Source: Gracilinanus agilis (taxonomy: Eukaryota). From it: DNA of 64,000 nucleotides. The translations under genes and the position numbers were made by a program. The first letter of the stretch is position 1. Each line of letters starts with the position of its first letter. Under the pieces are notes generated by a model, which made no database searches, had not been told where the DNA came from, and saw only the letters and a program-made list of their open reading frames with translations. Below, in pieces: positions 37,276 to 49,164 of the stretch. The stretch lies in assembly GCF_016433145.1 (NCBI RefSeq), contig NC_058133.1, forward strand, positions 178,719,261 to 178,783,260, given 5' to 3'.

Positions 37276-37747
37276 TCTTTAAAAGTGATAGAGAAAAGGG
37301 GCCTATCACTACTATAGCTGTTATTCATCTCAGTAGTGATTGTTTTTGTTCTTTTTCTAGGTTGAAACATCATAGAATTTTGAGTTGTATCAGTCCACGA
37401 AAAATTTATCAGTTTGAAACAAAACAAAACATAAAAAAAAAACTATAGCAAAAAATGCGTTTGATACATACAAACGTATGTATGCACAAGCAGCCTGAAA
37501 GCAGTACTAATTGCATTCATTGTATCTCATTTATTCAGTTCTTTACCTGCAGGCATATTCCATAAAAAAAAAATGATGTTAGATGAAACCATGTTATGGG
37601 GAACAGCTCATTTTATAAGAATAAAATAAATGGGTGACCAGCCAAATGATAGGACAGTGGGATTTTATGTAGGTGTTTGATTCAAATGCATTATTGATGT
37701 TATTGCAAAATGGCAATGAAATGAGTCTCTTCTAAAGGAGTTCTTAA

Positions 37748-37960
37748 CAGAGGGTCTTGGACCTCTAGGACAGCTAAGAATAGATTTCAGGAAGTCTCTG
37801 AACTCAAAAGAAAAAAAAATCTCTTTATTTAAATATAATGGGTATCTTTTGAGAACCTATTTATTTTATCTTTTACATTGCTGAGAAAGGGGAGCATGAG
37901 TTTCACCAGACTGACAAAGGAGTCCATGGCCTCTACTCAAGTTATGTTTCCAAAAAAAGG
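37748..37960 (+). mobile_element. Charlie4z-like hAT MITE (degenerate)
   Basis: gagaaaggggagcatgagtttcaccagactgacaaaggagtccatgg. Confidence 0.6.
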
Positions 37961-37999
37961 CTCCACAACTCCATACTGCTTAATCCTTTCTCTCCATCT

Positions 38000-38195
38000 A
38001 GAGAGGCAGCTAGGTGGCACAGTGGATAGAGTGCCAGGCCTGGCGTCAAGAAAACTCTTCTTCCTGTTTGCCTCAGTTTCCTCAGCTATAAAATGAACTA
38101 GAAAAGGAAACGGCAACCCACATCAGTACCTTTACCAAGAAAACTCCAAATGGGGTCATGAAGAATCACACACAACTGAAATGAGTAAACAGCAA
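38000..38195 (+). mobile_element. MAR1-type SINE
   Basis: ggcagctaggtggcacagtggatagag...aagaaaactccaaatggggtcatgaagaatc. Confidence 0.9.
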
Positions 38196-38359
38196 TCCCC
38201 AAAATGCTCTTCCTTCTCCATCTGGTTGATCTGAATCCTTCAAGACCCGACTTAAGCCCTTCTTCCTCTGTGAATTTTTCCCAGTCCAAAAATATCGTCC
38301 CCCTGGATCCCCTAAAACTCAATGGCACCTGTGGTCTGTACCTTTCATGTAGCAATTTT

Positions 38360-38660
38360 CATAAGCCGCCATAGTCCCCCGATGCTGCTGAATCAACAGG
38401 GGATGAGGTGAATTTGCATAAGCAAGTTTTCCACATAATTGAAGCTTGCCCCCTCTAAATGCCAACTGCTTGATTTTATTTTATTTTAATCACTTGGAAT
38501 GGAAATCTGCCGCCTTAAACGGAGGCTACTGAATGTAATTTCACCTTTCCTTGGTGACTCAGGGGCATGATTATGAACAACAATTATGCTACTAAATGAT
38601 AGCCTCCGGGCTTACCATGGTATAGAGGGTCGTTTGCCTCTACAATAAATGGTCCCAGAG
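38360..38660. promoter_or_regulatory. Candidate enhancer with octamer and AP-1 sites
   Basis: ATTTGCAT at 38412-38419, TGACTCA at 38555-38561; repeat-free with retained CpGs. Confidence 0.45.
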
Positions 38661-38939
38661 TGCTGTGCTTTTCGAGTCTGCCTTTTATAGTTTTTCTGTC
38701 TCCTGTCTCAATGTCAGCCTGTCAACTGTTACTTCTGGCTACTTTTACTATGCTTTTCTCTAGATTCTCGAGTCTAGAAACCCCTTATTCATCATGGACA
38801 TCCTTTTCTAAGTTGCTCCTTATAATCTACTTTAGTTTGGGAAAATAGGCAGTCAGGGTAGTTAGAACCATATAAAAATAAAAGTCGATAGCTTCGAGAG
38901 AGGCTCTGAAGGGCTCTCTCTCTCTCCTTTGTGGTGGTT

Positions 38940-39165
38940 CTTTAGTCATTCTGGTCATGTCTTACTCTTGGTGACCCCGTTTGGGGTTTTCTTGGCAAAG
39001 ATACTAGAGTGGCTTGCCGTTTCCTTCTCCAGCTCATTTTACGGATAAGGAAACTGAGGCAAACAGGGTTAAGTGTCTTGCCCAGGGTTCCACAGCTACT
39101 AAGTGTCTGAGGCCAAATCAGGTCTTCCTGACTCCATGCCTGGTGCTCCATCCACTGCACCACCT
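38940..39165 (-). mobile_element. MAR1-type SINE
   Basis: gtgaccccgtttggggttttcttggcaaagatactagagtgg. Confidence 0.9.
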
Positions 39166-39174
39166 ACCAAGTAC

Positions 39175-39660
39175 TTTAGATTAAATATAGATTTGGATAG
39201 TATCTATTTTACCAGTTCTGGGGATAGCAAAGAATTGGAGACCAAGTAGATACCCCTTACTTGGGGAATAGCTAAACAAATTGTGGTACCTGAATTTAAA
39301 AGACATTTCTTTGCTGTAAGAAATAACAAAGGTGATGAATACATAGATGTATTGAAAAGAATTAAATGAATGGATGCTGAAGGATATAAACAGAGCCAAG
39401 AAATTAATTTACCCAACGATTATGACAATGTAACCAGACAGAACAACCGCCAGACAATGAAAAGTGAATGCTGCAAAATGACAAAGAAGTATCCTGCTCT
39501 GAAAGAAGACAGGTGAATAGAAGGTTTTTCCTTCCTCCCCTCTTTCTCAGCTTTGTAGAGGTGGGAGACCCATGAGGAGTAAGGCACAATGCACATTTTC
39601 AGATTTTTTTCAATATGTCAATCAGTTCTGGTGACTCCCCCCAACACTTCTTTGCTTTTT
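39175..39660 (+). mobile_element. Old L1 ORF2 end and 3' UTR fragment
   Basis: gcaaagaattggagaccaagtagataccc...ggggaatagctaaacaaattgtggtacc resembles AKNWKQSRCPSIGEWLNKLWY. Confidence 0.8.
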
Positions 39661-39699
39661 CTTTCTTTCTTTTTTTTTTTTTTTTTTGAGATTAGAAAG

Positions 39700-39950
39700 G
39701 ACAGTGGATGGATCATTGGACTTAAGAGTCAGGAAGACCCGAGTTCAAATTCAGCCTCAAGAACTTACTAGCAGTATGACTCTGGACAAGACACTTTACT
39801 TTTGTCTCTGCTTCCTCACTTGGAAAATGAGGTTAAAGTTAGCATTAATTTCTGAAAGTTGTGAGGATCAACTGAGACAATATTTATAATAGGGCTTTGC
39901 AAAACTTAAAGCACTACATGCTAGGTAAATGCAATGTATCACTATTATCT
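39700..39950 (+). mobile_element. MIR
   Basis: gtcaggaagacccgagttcaaattc...gttgtgaggatcaa. Confidence 0.85.
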
Positions 39951-40261
39951 CAGGGAGAAGGTAGAGAAAGGATGCTGGGAGAAAATCAAGTAATGCTTTT
40001 TAAAAAGCAAAAGAATTAATAAAATTTTGTATTATTTTATGTTATATTCATAATGTGTATTTTGGTTCATCATAGGCTTTTTGTTCTCTTACTTTCAGGT
40101 TCTAATTTCAGATGATTTAGGTTATTAGATATTGGTTTCCTAAGGAAGCTTTTATTATAACACAGTTAATTATCTTTTTACATGCAATAATAGCTCATGG
40201 CTCCTCAACCAGATGGTAGACTCTCTGAAGGCAGGGAAGGATACTATATGTGTTTTGATTT

Positions 40262-41347
40262 TGTAGTAGGCGAAAGATGAAATGACTGCTGAAAGAAAAT
40301 TTAGAACTTAGAGCAGTGATGGCGAACCTATGGCACGGATGCTAAAGATGGCACACAGAGTACTCTCTGTGGGCATGAGGTCGCCACCCTCTTTGCCCAG
40401 AGTTTGTTACTAGAAAGGCAGAGTTACTTGGGCAGCGCTGCTCCCCTCCCTCTCTCCACTGTGCCTAATAACATTTTTTCACATCCCCCACCCCTCTGCC
40501 CAGCAGTCCGATGGGAACACTTCCTCTCTCCCCTGTGTGAGGTAAATGAGAGGGGACAGGGACAGGGTATACCCAGCACTCAGGAGTGGGGAGGGTGTGT
40601 GTGAAGTGGGTATGGCACTTGGTCTAGAATGGGGGAGGCGGGGCCCAGCACACAATCTCTAAAAGGTTCACCATCACTGGCTTAGAGCATATCAGTTTGT
40701 TAAGCAATGCATGTCTAATAAATCAGGATCAGGATGCTTCATCAGCTATGGGATGGCCCCCAAATATAGGGGAATAAACTTTTATACATTAAAAATATTA
40801 ATCAAATAAGACCAATTAATTAAAAGGGAAAATCAAGATATATCATTAAGTAATCTGATTTCTAATTGGAGGAAAGATTAGGGATTTTCCAAATTGGGAG
40901 AAGGAGAATGAACAGGTACAATTCCCTAAAATCAGAAAAAGAGCTGCCCCACTCCCTGCTCAGGGGTCTATAAACAAAAATATGGAAACAATAAATGATT
41001 AATTAGTATGGGGACAGTTTTTAGATTAGACAAATAGGTTGTTTAAGATTTACAATTGTGAGAAAAGTCCTTGTGGCAATCTTAGGATCTGACTGTGTTT
41101 CTGGCCAGCATAACCTAGGTCCCTATTTAAGGGTCTCTAACCAACAGGTAGAGGGGATCCTGCTTACCAGCCACACAGGGCTAGGTTCAAACAATATAAT
41201 ACGGTTTTCTCCCAATTCCGACAATTGAATAAAGTTTTCTCACAAGACAGAATTTGAGCTAGACCCATAATTGAATAGAAAGGGAACTCAGCTAGCTCCA
41301 GAATTGAGTCACAAGATGGAGTTGGTGTGGTTCGCCCAGTTCCCACA
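40262..41347 (-). mobile_element. Probable solo LTR (about 710 bp net), interrupted by a hAT MITE
   Basis: Minus strand starts TGTGGG...ccatcttg and ends ...ctaCA; tgtATAAAag near 40785; flanks attt/atta resemble a degraded 4-bp TSD. Confidence 0.5.
40314..40679 (+). mobile_element. hAT-Charlie MITE (OposCharlie/hAT1-like), 366 bp
   Basis: TIRs CAGTGATGGCGAACCT / AGGTTCACCATCACTG; 8-bp TSD acttagag / gcttagag. Confidence 0.92.
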
Positions 41348-41634
41348 ATTAACCATTTGCTATCCTAATCTTCTTAATTTCCCTCACTCTGTAATATGCT
41401 ATAGTGGAAAAAAAAACACCACCAGATATTGAGTCAGAAGACTTGGGTTTCAGATCTCCTGGTCTTGACACTTAAATGATTGTGGGGGGAAATAACTTAA
41501 CCTCTGAAAAACAGGGTGAAATCACTCTTGTACCACTTAACACACTGAGTTTTTGAGAGGTTATTGTGAGGAAAAGCCCATTGTCAATTTTAATCAGTTA
41601 CATAAAACATTAGTGATTATGTATTACTATTTTT

Positions 41635-41870
41635 TTGTTGCTGTTCTGTTGCATCCAATTCTTTGTGATCCCATTTGGAGTTTTTTTGGGCAAAGATTAG
41701 GGAGTAGTTTGCCATTTTCTCCTCCAACTTGTTTGAGAGATAAATAAACTGAGGCAAAAAAGGTTAAGTGACTTGGTCAACGTCATACACCTATTAAGTG
41801 TATATGACTGAATTTGAACTCCAGAAAAGAAGTCTTCCCAACTCCAGGTTCAGAACTGTGCTACCTATCT
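41635..41870 (-). mobile_element. MAR1-type SINE
   Basis: tttgtgatcccatttggagtttt...gccattttctcc...aactgaggcaaa. Confidence 0.85.
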
Positions 41871-42334
41871 GCCAATATATTTTACTATAATCATTCACAT
41901 TTATGGCATTTTAAGGTTTCCAAAGCTTTTCATTTGCTAATTCATTTGTTCACACATAAAAATTCATGTGATAGATGCCATTATTATCCCACTATCTTGA
42001 AGATGGAAATTGAGGTTCTGTCCAGAGCAATCCAGCTCAAGTAAAGTGTTAGAGGCAGCATTCTGACTGAGGTCCTCCTGACTCTAAGAACAACAATATA
42101 CTGTGCCAAACGGACTTTCTAATTGATTAATGATTTATGAACAACTAATTAAATAATAATACAAATTAATAATGTAACATTTTGAGTACCCATTGAATAA
42201 CATGGTTGACAATGAAGTAATTAATAACTGATTGATTACATAATTAATAATGTCATTATTAATCATTAAGAAAGGTTTCCTATGAGGAAGCAATGAGAAG
42301 AATAAGTTTTGAAAAATATGAAGCTTAGGCCCCT

Positions 42335-42490
42335 GTGCTTGTGGAAAGAATATTGGATCTGAAGTCTAAAGACCTAGATTCAAATCCTGCCACTACTGTG
42401 TGACTTTGGGCATGTCACATTATCTCAAGAAATGTCAGTTTCCTCAGCTACAAAATGAAAGGGTTGATTTAAATGATCTCCAAGTTTTTC
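42335..42490 (+). mobile_element. MIR
   Basis: gacctagattcaaatcctgccac...tcagtttcctcagctacaaaatga. Confidence 0.8.
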
Positions 42491-42586
42491 AACTCTAAAT
42501 AAATTCTCCAAATTTCTCCATGACCACAGACAGTCGGGGGAAGCTAGAATTCTGATTTAATGGATCAAAGGAGCAATGATTTAGAC

Positions 42587-42778
42587 CAATGGTTCCCAAA
42601 CTTTTTTGATCTACTGCCCCCTTTCCAGAAAAAATATTACTTCGTGCCCCCTGTCACATACTATCACTGCCCCCTTACAGTTATTCACCGCCCCCAAATG
42701 CACCTGTGGCCATTACCACCCTCCTGGATCGCTGCAGCACCCACCAGGGGGCGGTGGCGCCCACTTTGGGAATCACTG
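42587..42778 (+). mobile_element. hAT-Charlie MITE, 192 bp, containing a CTCF-like motif
   Basis: TIRs CAATGGTTCCCAAA / TTTGGGAATCACTG; TSD atttagac / atttagag; CCACCAGGGGGCGG at 42741-42754. Confidence 0.92.
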
Positions 42779-43559
42779 ATTTAGAGCTAAAGGGAAATCA
42801 GGGGCACCTGGGGCAACTGTCATTTCATAGTTAAGGAGATGGGATACAGTGAATGATGCTAGATTTTGAGGCATGTCTCCCTTCCATTACACTAGCCTTT
42901 TAATCCTTAAAGCAACAGAGAGCCTTATGGGATCTTTTCTTTGACTCATTGTAATTTCCACAGAACTCACAAAACCATCTCACCATCAGAGTGTCTCTGT
43001 TTTTGAGATGGGAAGAAATAGACCCTTCTACTGGGGAGAGGGGATGTGGTGGGGCAGCTCCCTTAAATTGCCCATGAGGCAGACTAGTTTAAGGAGCTGT
43101 TTACATCCAGGAAGTAACCTTAGCATAACCTATGGATTGCTGGATTTGGCGTCAAAGGGCATGGTTTCTTGCTCTGACCCTTACTCCTTATATATGATGA
43201 CCCTGTTAACTTACGCTACTTTTCTAAGCCTCAGTTTCTTCATTTGTAAAATGACAGAGGAAGACTTGATAATCTCTTACATCTCTTCTAGCTTTGAAAT
43301 TACGATCTTACACAGTAGTCTGCTGGGTAAAAAAAAAAAAAAAAATTTAATTGTTACTCCAAGTCTGAAAAAGTAGATTACCATTTTAAGACTCATAGAT
43401 GGAGACAGGACATGGGACTAGACCTGTGATATCTTTAGTAGAGGGAACTCCCTTTAACAATTCAGGTTGTCATTTTCTCTGAAATTTATATCAGTGGATC
43501 ACATTAAATCACATACAATCTCAGAGCTGGAAGGGACCTCAGAGACAATCTAGTTCAGA

Positions 43560-44110
43560 GGCAAAAGAAAAAGTAACCCTTCTGCAAGGTCCCCAACTAG
43601 TGGGATATCCGGCCTTGAGTTGAAAACTTCTAATGACAGGGAATTTACTACTTCATGCGGAAGTTCATTCCACTTTTGGTAAACTCTAATTGTTAAAAAG
43701 GTTAAATTTATTTCTTTTTAACTTCCTCTCATTGTTCCTTATTCGTCCCTTTGGGGCCAAGGAAAACAAATCCAATTTCCTCTCCTACATGACAGCCTTC
43801 AAACACTAAAAGACAGATAATACATCCTCTCTCAATCTTTCTTTTAGTCCTTGCCACACAGTAGGCACTTAATCAAAATTTATTGACTGATTGACTACAG
43901 GTTAAACATCTCCAGTTGCTTCCACAGATTGTCATAAAGCATGATCTGGAAGTCCTTTTCAGGACACCAACCAGCTTATCAAAATTCCTTCTAAAATATG
44001 GTCCCAGATGTTATGTAGATGTCATTCTGTATATCATTTACACCTTGTATAAATGGTGTGTCTATTTTATTTTAAGATATGTGACTTCCTCAAAATACAT
44101 GAAAGATTAC
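43560..44110 (-). mobile_element. L3/CR1 fragments with an interleaved L2 tail
   Basis: tgaaaacttctaatgacagggaatttactac...ttccacttttggtaaactctaattgtt; ccttctaaaatatggtcccaga. Confidence 0.7.
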
Positions 44111-44289
44111 CACAATGGTTGAGAAATTATATTAAGTAACTTCCAAGTTTCTTTCTAATCCTAAAATTATAAGATTCAAACAAATCCAAATGAAAAGTCC
44201 ATGCACATTTTATTAAACACCTATAATATAAAAGATAATATGATAGAGGAGGGGGAGAGAATATAAATATACATAAGATAGAGTCCCTG

Positions 44290-44780
44290 CTGTAGGGAAG
44301 CATATTGTGTCACCACATCAAAAATGTGAAGTTAAATATTAACTAAAGGGCTGAAATTAATGGTTTGGAATGACAAAACATGAGAGGTCAAAGGCACAGA
44401 TTGTACAGACAAAAGTTGCTATGGGTATTCAACTCAGTTCACTTCACAGTGATTTTCTGGAACTTACCAAATTTTTTCAAAATCCATCTTAAAATATAAT
44501 AGGCCTGCTCAAGTGAAAACCTTTTATTGGCTGCCATTTTGTTTTAAGATCATTGACTGAAGAATAAATTGAACTTTGGGTTTATCTTGATACCCTGTGA
44601 GGATTGTGTCAAATTTTATCAAAATCAGTCAGCTTCTTAAAGAATTGTCATGGGCAGATGGGCAACTATGGAAAAATCGATTAAGTTAAATCACTTTCTT
44701 TGGTCAAATATGTTTCTGAAATGACAAATATCACCATTTATTCAGCTTAAAGCTTGTATGAACTGAGTTAATTTTCATGT
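44290..44780. promoter_or_regulatory. Unannotated island with HNF1-like palindrome and DR1-like site
   Basis: GTTAAATATTAAC at 44331-44343; AGGTCA-A-AGGCA at 44385-44396. Confidence 0.3.
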
Positions 44781-44954
44781 TGTCATCCAAAGTAGAACAT
44801 GAGCTCATTGAGGGCAGAGATCAATTTTACTTTTCTTTTGTATTCCTAGCACTTCCCATGGTCCCAGGCTCTTTTAACTAACTGCCCAATACATGTTTCT
44901 TGATTAATTGAGATGGTGAATGTTTGGAGCAATTTAAAGATTAATAATAGTTAG

Positions 44955-45150
44955 AGGGGTATATAAGTAGCTCAGTAGATAGACAGCTAGGTCTGGAGAC
45001 AAAAGATTCTGGGTTCAAATCTGGCCCCCGACACTTTGTAGATGTGTGACCTTGAGAAAGTAATTTAATCTCAATTGCCTATCCTGACTGCTTTTCTGCC
45101 TTGGAACTGATACTTAGTATTAATTCTAAAACAGAAGATAAAGGTTTAAA
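44955..45150 (+). mobile_element. SINE1_Mdo-type SINE
   Basis: gctcagtagatagacagctaggtctggagac...ctgccttggaactgatacttagtattaattctaa. Confidence 0.9.
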
Positions 45151-45169
45151 AATACATATTTAGAGAGGA

Positions 45170-45412
45170 ATTTGGGCAGCTAGGTAGCAAAGTAGATGGA
45201 GTGCTAAGCCTGAAAACTCATCTTCCTGAGTTCATATCTGATCTCAGACACTTAGCAGCTGTGGGAATCTGGGCAAGTCACTTAAATCATTCCTGCCTTG
45301 GTTTCCTTGTCTATAAAAGCAGGAGAATGGAATGGCAAACCACTCCAGTATCTTTGCCAAGAAAACCCCAAATGGAGTCACAAAGGGTCAGACACAATTG
45401 AAACAACAACAA
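45170..45412 (+). mobile_element. MAR1-type SINE
   Basis: atggcaaaccactccagtatctttgccaagaaaaccccaaatggagtcac. Confidence 0.9.
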
Positions 45413-47224
45413 AAACTGGTAAGCATTTAACAGAACCAACATTACCAATGGCAGCATAGTATGGTGAAAAGCATCCTAGTTCTAGGGTCAGAACATCAGA
45501 GTTTAAACCCTTGTTCTAACACATTCTACTTTGTATGACTTTGTCCAATTCCCTTAGCTTCCCTGGACATCAGTTTCTCCCTTTGTTAAAAAAAGAGGGT
45601 AGTTGGCTTCAATGGCCTTTGAGGTCCCTTCCAGTTCTAAACCTTTAACTTTGTCATCTATAAAACAATGTGTAATGTCTATACTTCCTTCAAAATCTGG
45701 AATTCTGAGCAACACTAACCAGTTCCCAAGCAGACTAAGTTCTCTGCACTCCAGAGAGAATACTCAATTGTCTCTAGGAGATATGAAGAAATTTCATAAA
45801 TAAAATCAAGAGTTAATTTTTAAAGTCCCAAGCATCCTTCCCACCTCCCCTACACTCTCTGCAACCCATTCCAGCAATGAGTGAAAGAGAGAGGATGTCC
45901 ATCAGCCAATTAACGTTTATTAAGCACCTGCTATGTTTAGGCACTAAGCTAAGGCCTAGGAATACAAAGAAAGGCAGGAAGGCTGAGCAGAGAGGAGAAT
46001 GGAAAGGAAGGAGAAGAGTCTTCTAAAATCCCACAGTAGTTGGCATCATTGATTTCAAAACAGGGTTACTGCTCTACCCAAATTCATTTGGAGGATTTCT
46101 AAGTGCTTACTCTATCTTTCTTCTCAGAGTCAAGATGTACCAGATGAATAAAACAACTCCTGGGAGGCAAGGCAAATCCCTCTGGAGTTATAATAACTCT
46201 CTTAGGGACCTGATAACAAAGCTGGTCAGCAGATCCACCTGGAAGAAGATCCTCAAATGGATGTTTGGTCATTAGTGGTAGTAGGGAGTATGGAGGATGA
46301 GGCAAGAGATATAGGATAAGTCCATAAGAATCCAGGAACAGAACCCTGGAGCTTTATCACACTTAAATCTGAGTGATATTGCTGGGTACCTGGGAACAGG
46401 AAAGCAGTCCCCTTGAGCCTGAAGGAGCCCTATAACAATTCTCCAAGGATTGGAACCTGAGTACAGACAGCAAATATTCTTTATTCCTCTTCTGGGAAGC
46501 ATTTCAATCCACAAGAAAAAATGACTTTCGGTAGATCCAATACAAGGCACTAGACGTAAAGAATTCAAGAAAAAGAGAGAGGAGAAGGAAGAAGGTCCCT
46601 TTGGACCATCATATGCCACTTGGAATATTTGGAACAATATGAGGTATTAGCTATTCCCTTGTGTTTTGTTGAGTTTAAGAGATAAAGGAATATTTTCTCT
46701 ATCTTCCTTTTTAGATATTAGGAGAAGAAACTTGTAAGTATCTCTCTGTGTCTCTCTATCTCTGTCTGTCAGTCTGTACACACACGCACACATACACACA
46801 CAACTTGTTCTTCAGGAACGGTTTTGGTTGATTTGGTTGACAGAAGGTGATTACATCTTAGAAAATCTAAAGCAAGGTAAACTTGAATAGATGATGAATT
46901 TATTGGGTTCCTTCCTTTAACAAGCTCCATGAAAATCCAAGGCTCCCATGACCAGCAGCAATCTCTGAGGAGGTCTGGCCCTGGAAATAGCCAGCTGGAA
47001 CATCATGGTGATGGCCCCTGCTGGAGATGCCGACAATAAAAATGGAGAGTGGCAGCAGAAACTCCTTCCATACTTGTTCTCTTGGTTTATTCATCAGAAA
47101 TAATTATCTGTGCCTGCCTTCACAAAAGCACATACTTTATGGGGCACATTAAAATTTAATGGGTTTTTAATAATATTGTAACCATGGCAAGAAAACTACT
47201 GAAAAAATACAGCCACATGGATTT

Positions 47225-47430
47225 GCTACATGGCATGGTGGACAGAATGATGGAACTGGAATCAGGAAGATCAGAGTTTAAATGTTGCCTCAGACTCTTA
47301 TGTGACCCTCAAATTTCTTCATCTGTACAATGGGAATGAGAATTATACCTACAGTATAAGAGTGATGCAAGAAAAAAAGCAGATAGTATATGTAAGGTGC
47401 TTTGCCAGTCTCTTAAAGTACTCTTTATTT
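47225..47430 (+). mobile_element. MIR
   Basis: ggcatggtggacaga...gaatcaggaaga...ttcttcatctgtacaatggga. Confidence 0.75.
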
Positions 47431-47879
47431 GTTAGCTGTTCCTGTTGCCATCATTGTTACCTTTGATGTTGAGGTCTGGTTCTACAGAGTGTAAAAGGAG
47501 GCAAGTTTTCAGTATCCTTATCTCCTGAATTTACTTATCTCTTTAAATGGTACTTTCCTGCAGTTGAGTAGAAGTTCTTGGAAATCAGAGACTATCTGGA
47601 TCTGGTCTTCAAGGCTATGAGTATTTAATTAAGGTGGAGAATGATGAGAAAGAGAAGTATGGAAGATTCAACACAACAAATAATCCAAAAAAACTTTTTC
47701 ACTAACTTTGGATGGCAACCAAACAAACATATTAAGAAAGATACAGAGATATATCAAAACACACAGAAAAATATTCTCTGCCTGATCTCAACCTAAATAC
47801 TGGCAATTTATTTCATTTGTCATGATTTATGTCATGAAATCATAGATTTAAAGATGGAAGATACCTTAAAGATCATCTA

Positions 47880-48080
47880 GGTCAGAGATTTTTCTCTTTT
47901 TTGTGTCATGAAGCCCTTTTGCGTTCTGGTAAAGCCCATCCTTCCTCAGAATAATATGTTTAAATACATAAAATTAAATACATAAGATTTACAAAGGAAA
48001 TCAATTATGCTGAAACAAAACTCTCAAAATATTTTTAAAATCATGTTCATTAAAAAAATTATGTAACCCATGGTAACAAC
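47880..48080 (-). mobile_element. Charlie4z-like hAT MITE nested in a MIR
   Basis: ttttttgtgtcatgaagcccttttgc...cttcctcagaataat...aaaattaaatacataag. Confidence 0.7.
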
Positions 48081-48149
48081 TTCAGAATTCTAGTCCAAAC
48101 CCCTCACATTGCGGATTAGAGCACTGCAGACCAGCTTAAATGACTGGCT

Positions 48150-48400
48150 CAATGTTGTTCAGTCTTTTCATTTCTGACCAACTCGTCATGACCCGACTTG
48201 GAATTTTCTTGGCAAAGACACTGGAATGGTTTGCCATTTCCTTCTCCAGCACATTTTGCAAATGAGAAGCTGAGGCAAACAGGGTGAAATGACTTGCCCA
48301 GGGTCACACTGCTAAGAAGTAGCTGAGGTCACATTTGAACTTGGAAAGAGTTTTCCTGACTCCCTACCTGGCACTCTATCTGCTATACTACCTTAATTGG
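48150..48400 (-). mobile_element. MAR1-type SINE
   Basis: ttttcttggcaaagacactggaatggtttgccatttccttctccagc. Confidence 0.9.
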
Positions 48401-48589
48401 CTCAGTATCACACAAGTATTAAGAATAAATGAGAGAATTTAGATTAAGTGCACTATAAACATTAAAACAATTATATAAATATGAGCAATTATATTTGCAT
48501 TTTCATCTTTCTATTGTTAATATTTATCATTACCATCACCATCAACATCCATGACATACAAAATAGCCAATAATGTTTTTCTGTTCCCC

Positions 48590-48730
48590 TAAAACCTTAC
48601 CTTCTGTCCTAGAATTGATACAAAGTATTGAAAAGCAGAAGAGTAGTAAAGGCTAGGGGTTAAGTGACATGGCCATGGTCACATAGCTAGTAAGTGTCTG
48701 AAACCAGATTTAAATCCAAGACCTCCAAAG
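48590..48730 (-). mobile_element. SINE1_Mdo-type SINE
   Basis: aaaaccttaccttctgtcctagaattgata. Confidence 0.85.
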
Positions 48731-48734
48731 TGGT

Positions 48735-49000
48735 ATTTCTAAAGCATAGATCTGAACATGCCATTTTCTTGCTCTATAAAATCTAATGACTCCCTATTTA
48801 TTGCCAGTAGGACGAAATGGGAACTCCTCTGTCTAGCACTTAAAGCCCACTTCAGTCCAACTCCAACCTACCTTTGCAGCTTTATTATATACTGCTCCCT
48901 TTGGCGCACTGGATTGTCAAAACTGGCCTCCTTGCTATCCCTGATAATGTGATATTTCATCCTCTGCTTCCATGGTTTCCCACCCCACCCAAGTATATCC
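48735..49000 (+). mobile_element. L2 fragment
   Basis: aaaatctaatgactccctattt...actggcctccttgct. Confidence 0.7.
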
Positions 49001-49164
49001 CCCAATACAGAATAGATACATGATTATTATTGTTGGTATTTAGTAGCCCAGATCCTCAGATTCCACACACAATACTCTAAACATTACACTATGCTCTTGG
49101 AATTGATACTTAGCATCAATTCTAAGAGAAGAAAAGGGTTTAAAAATAATGTAGGTCATAGATT

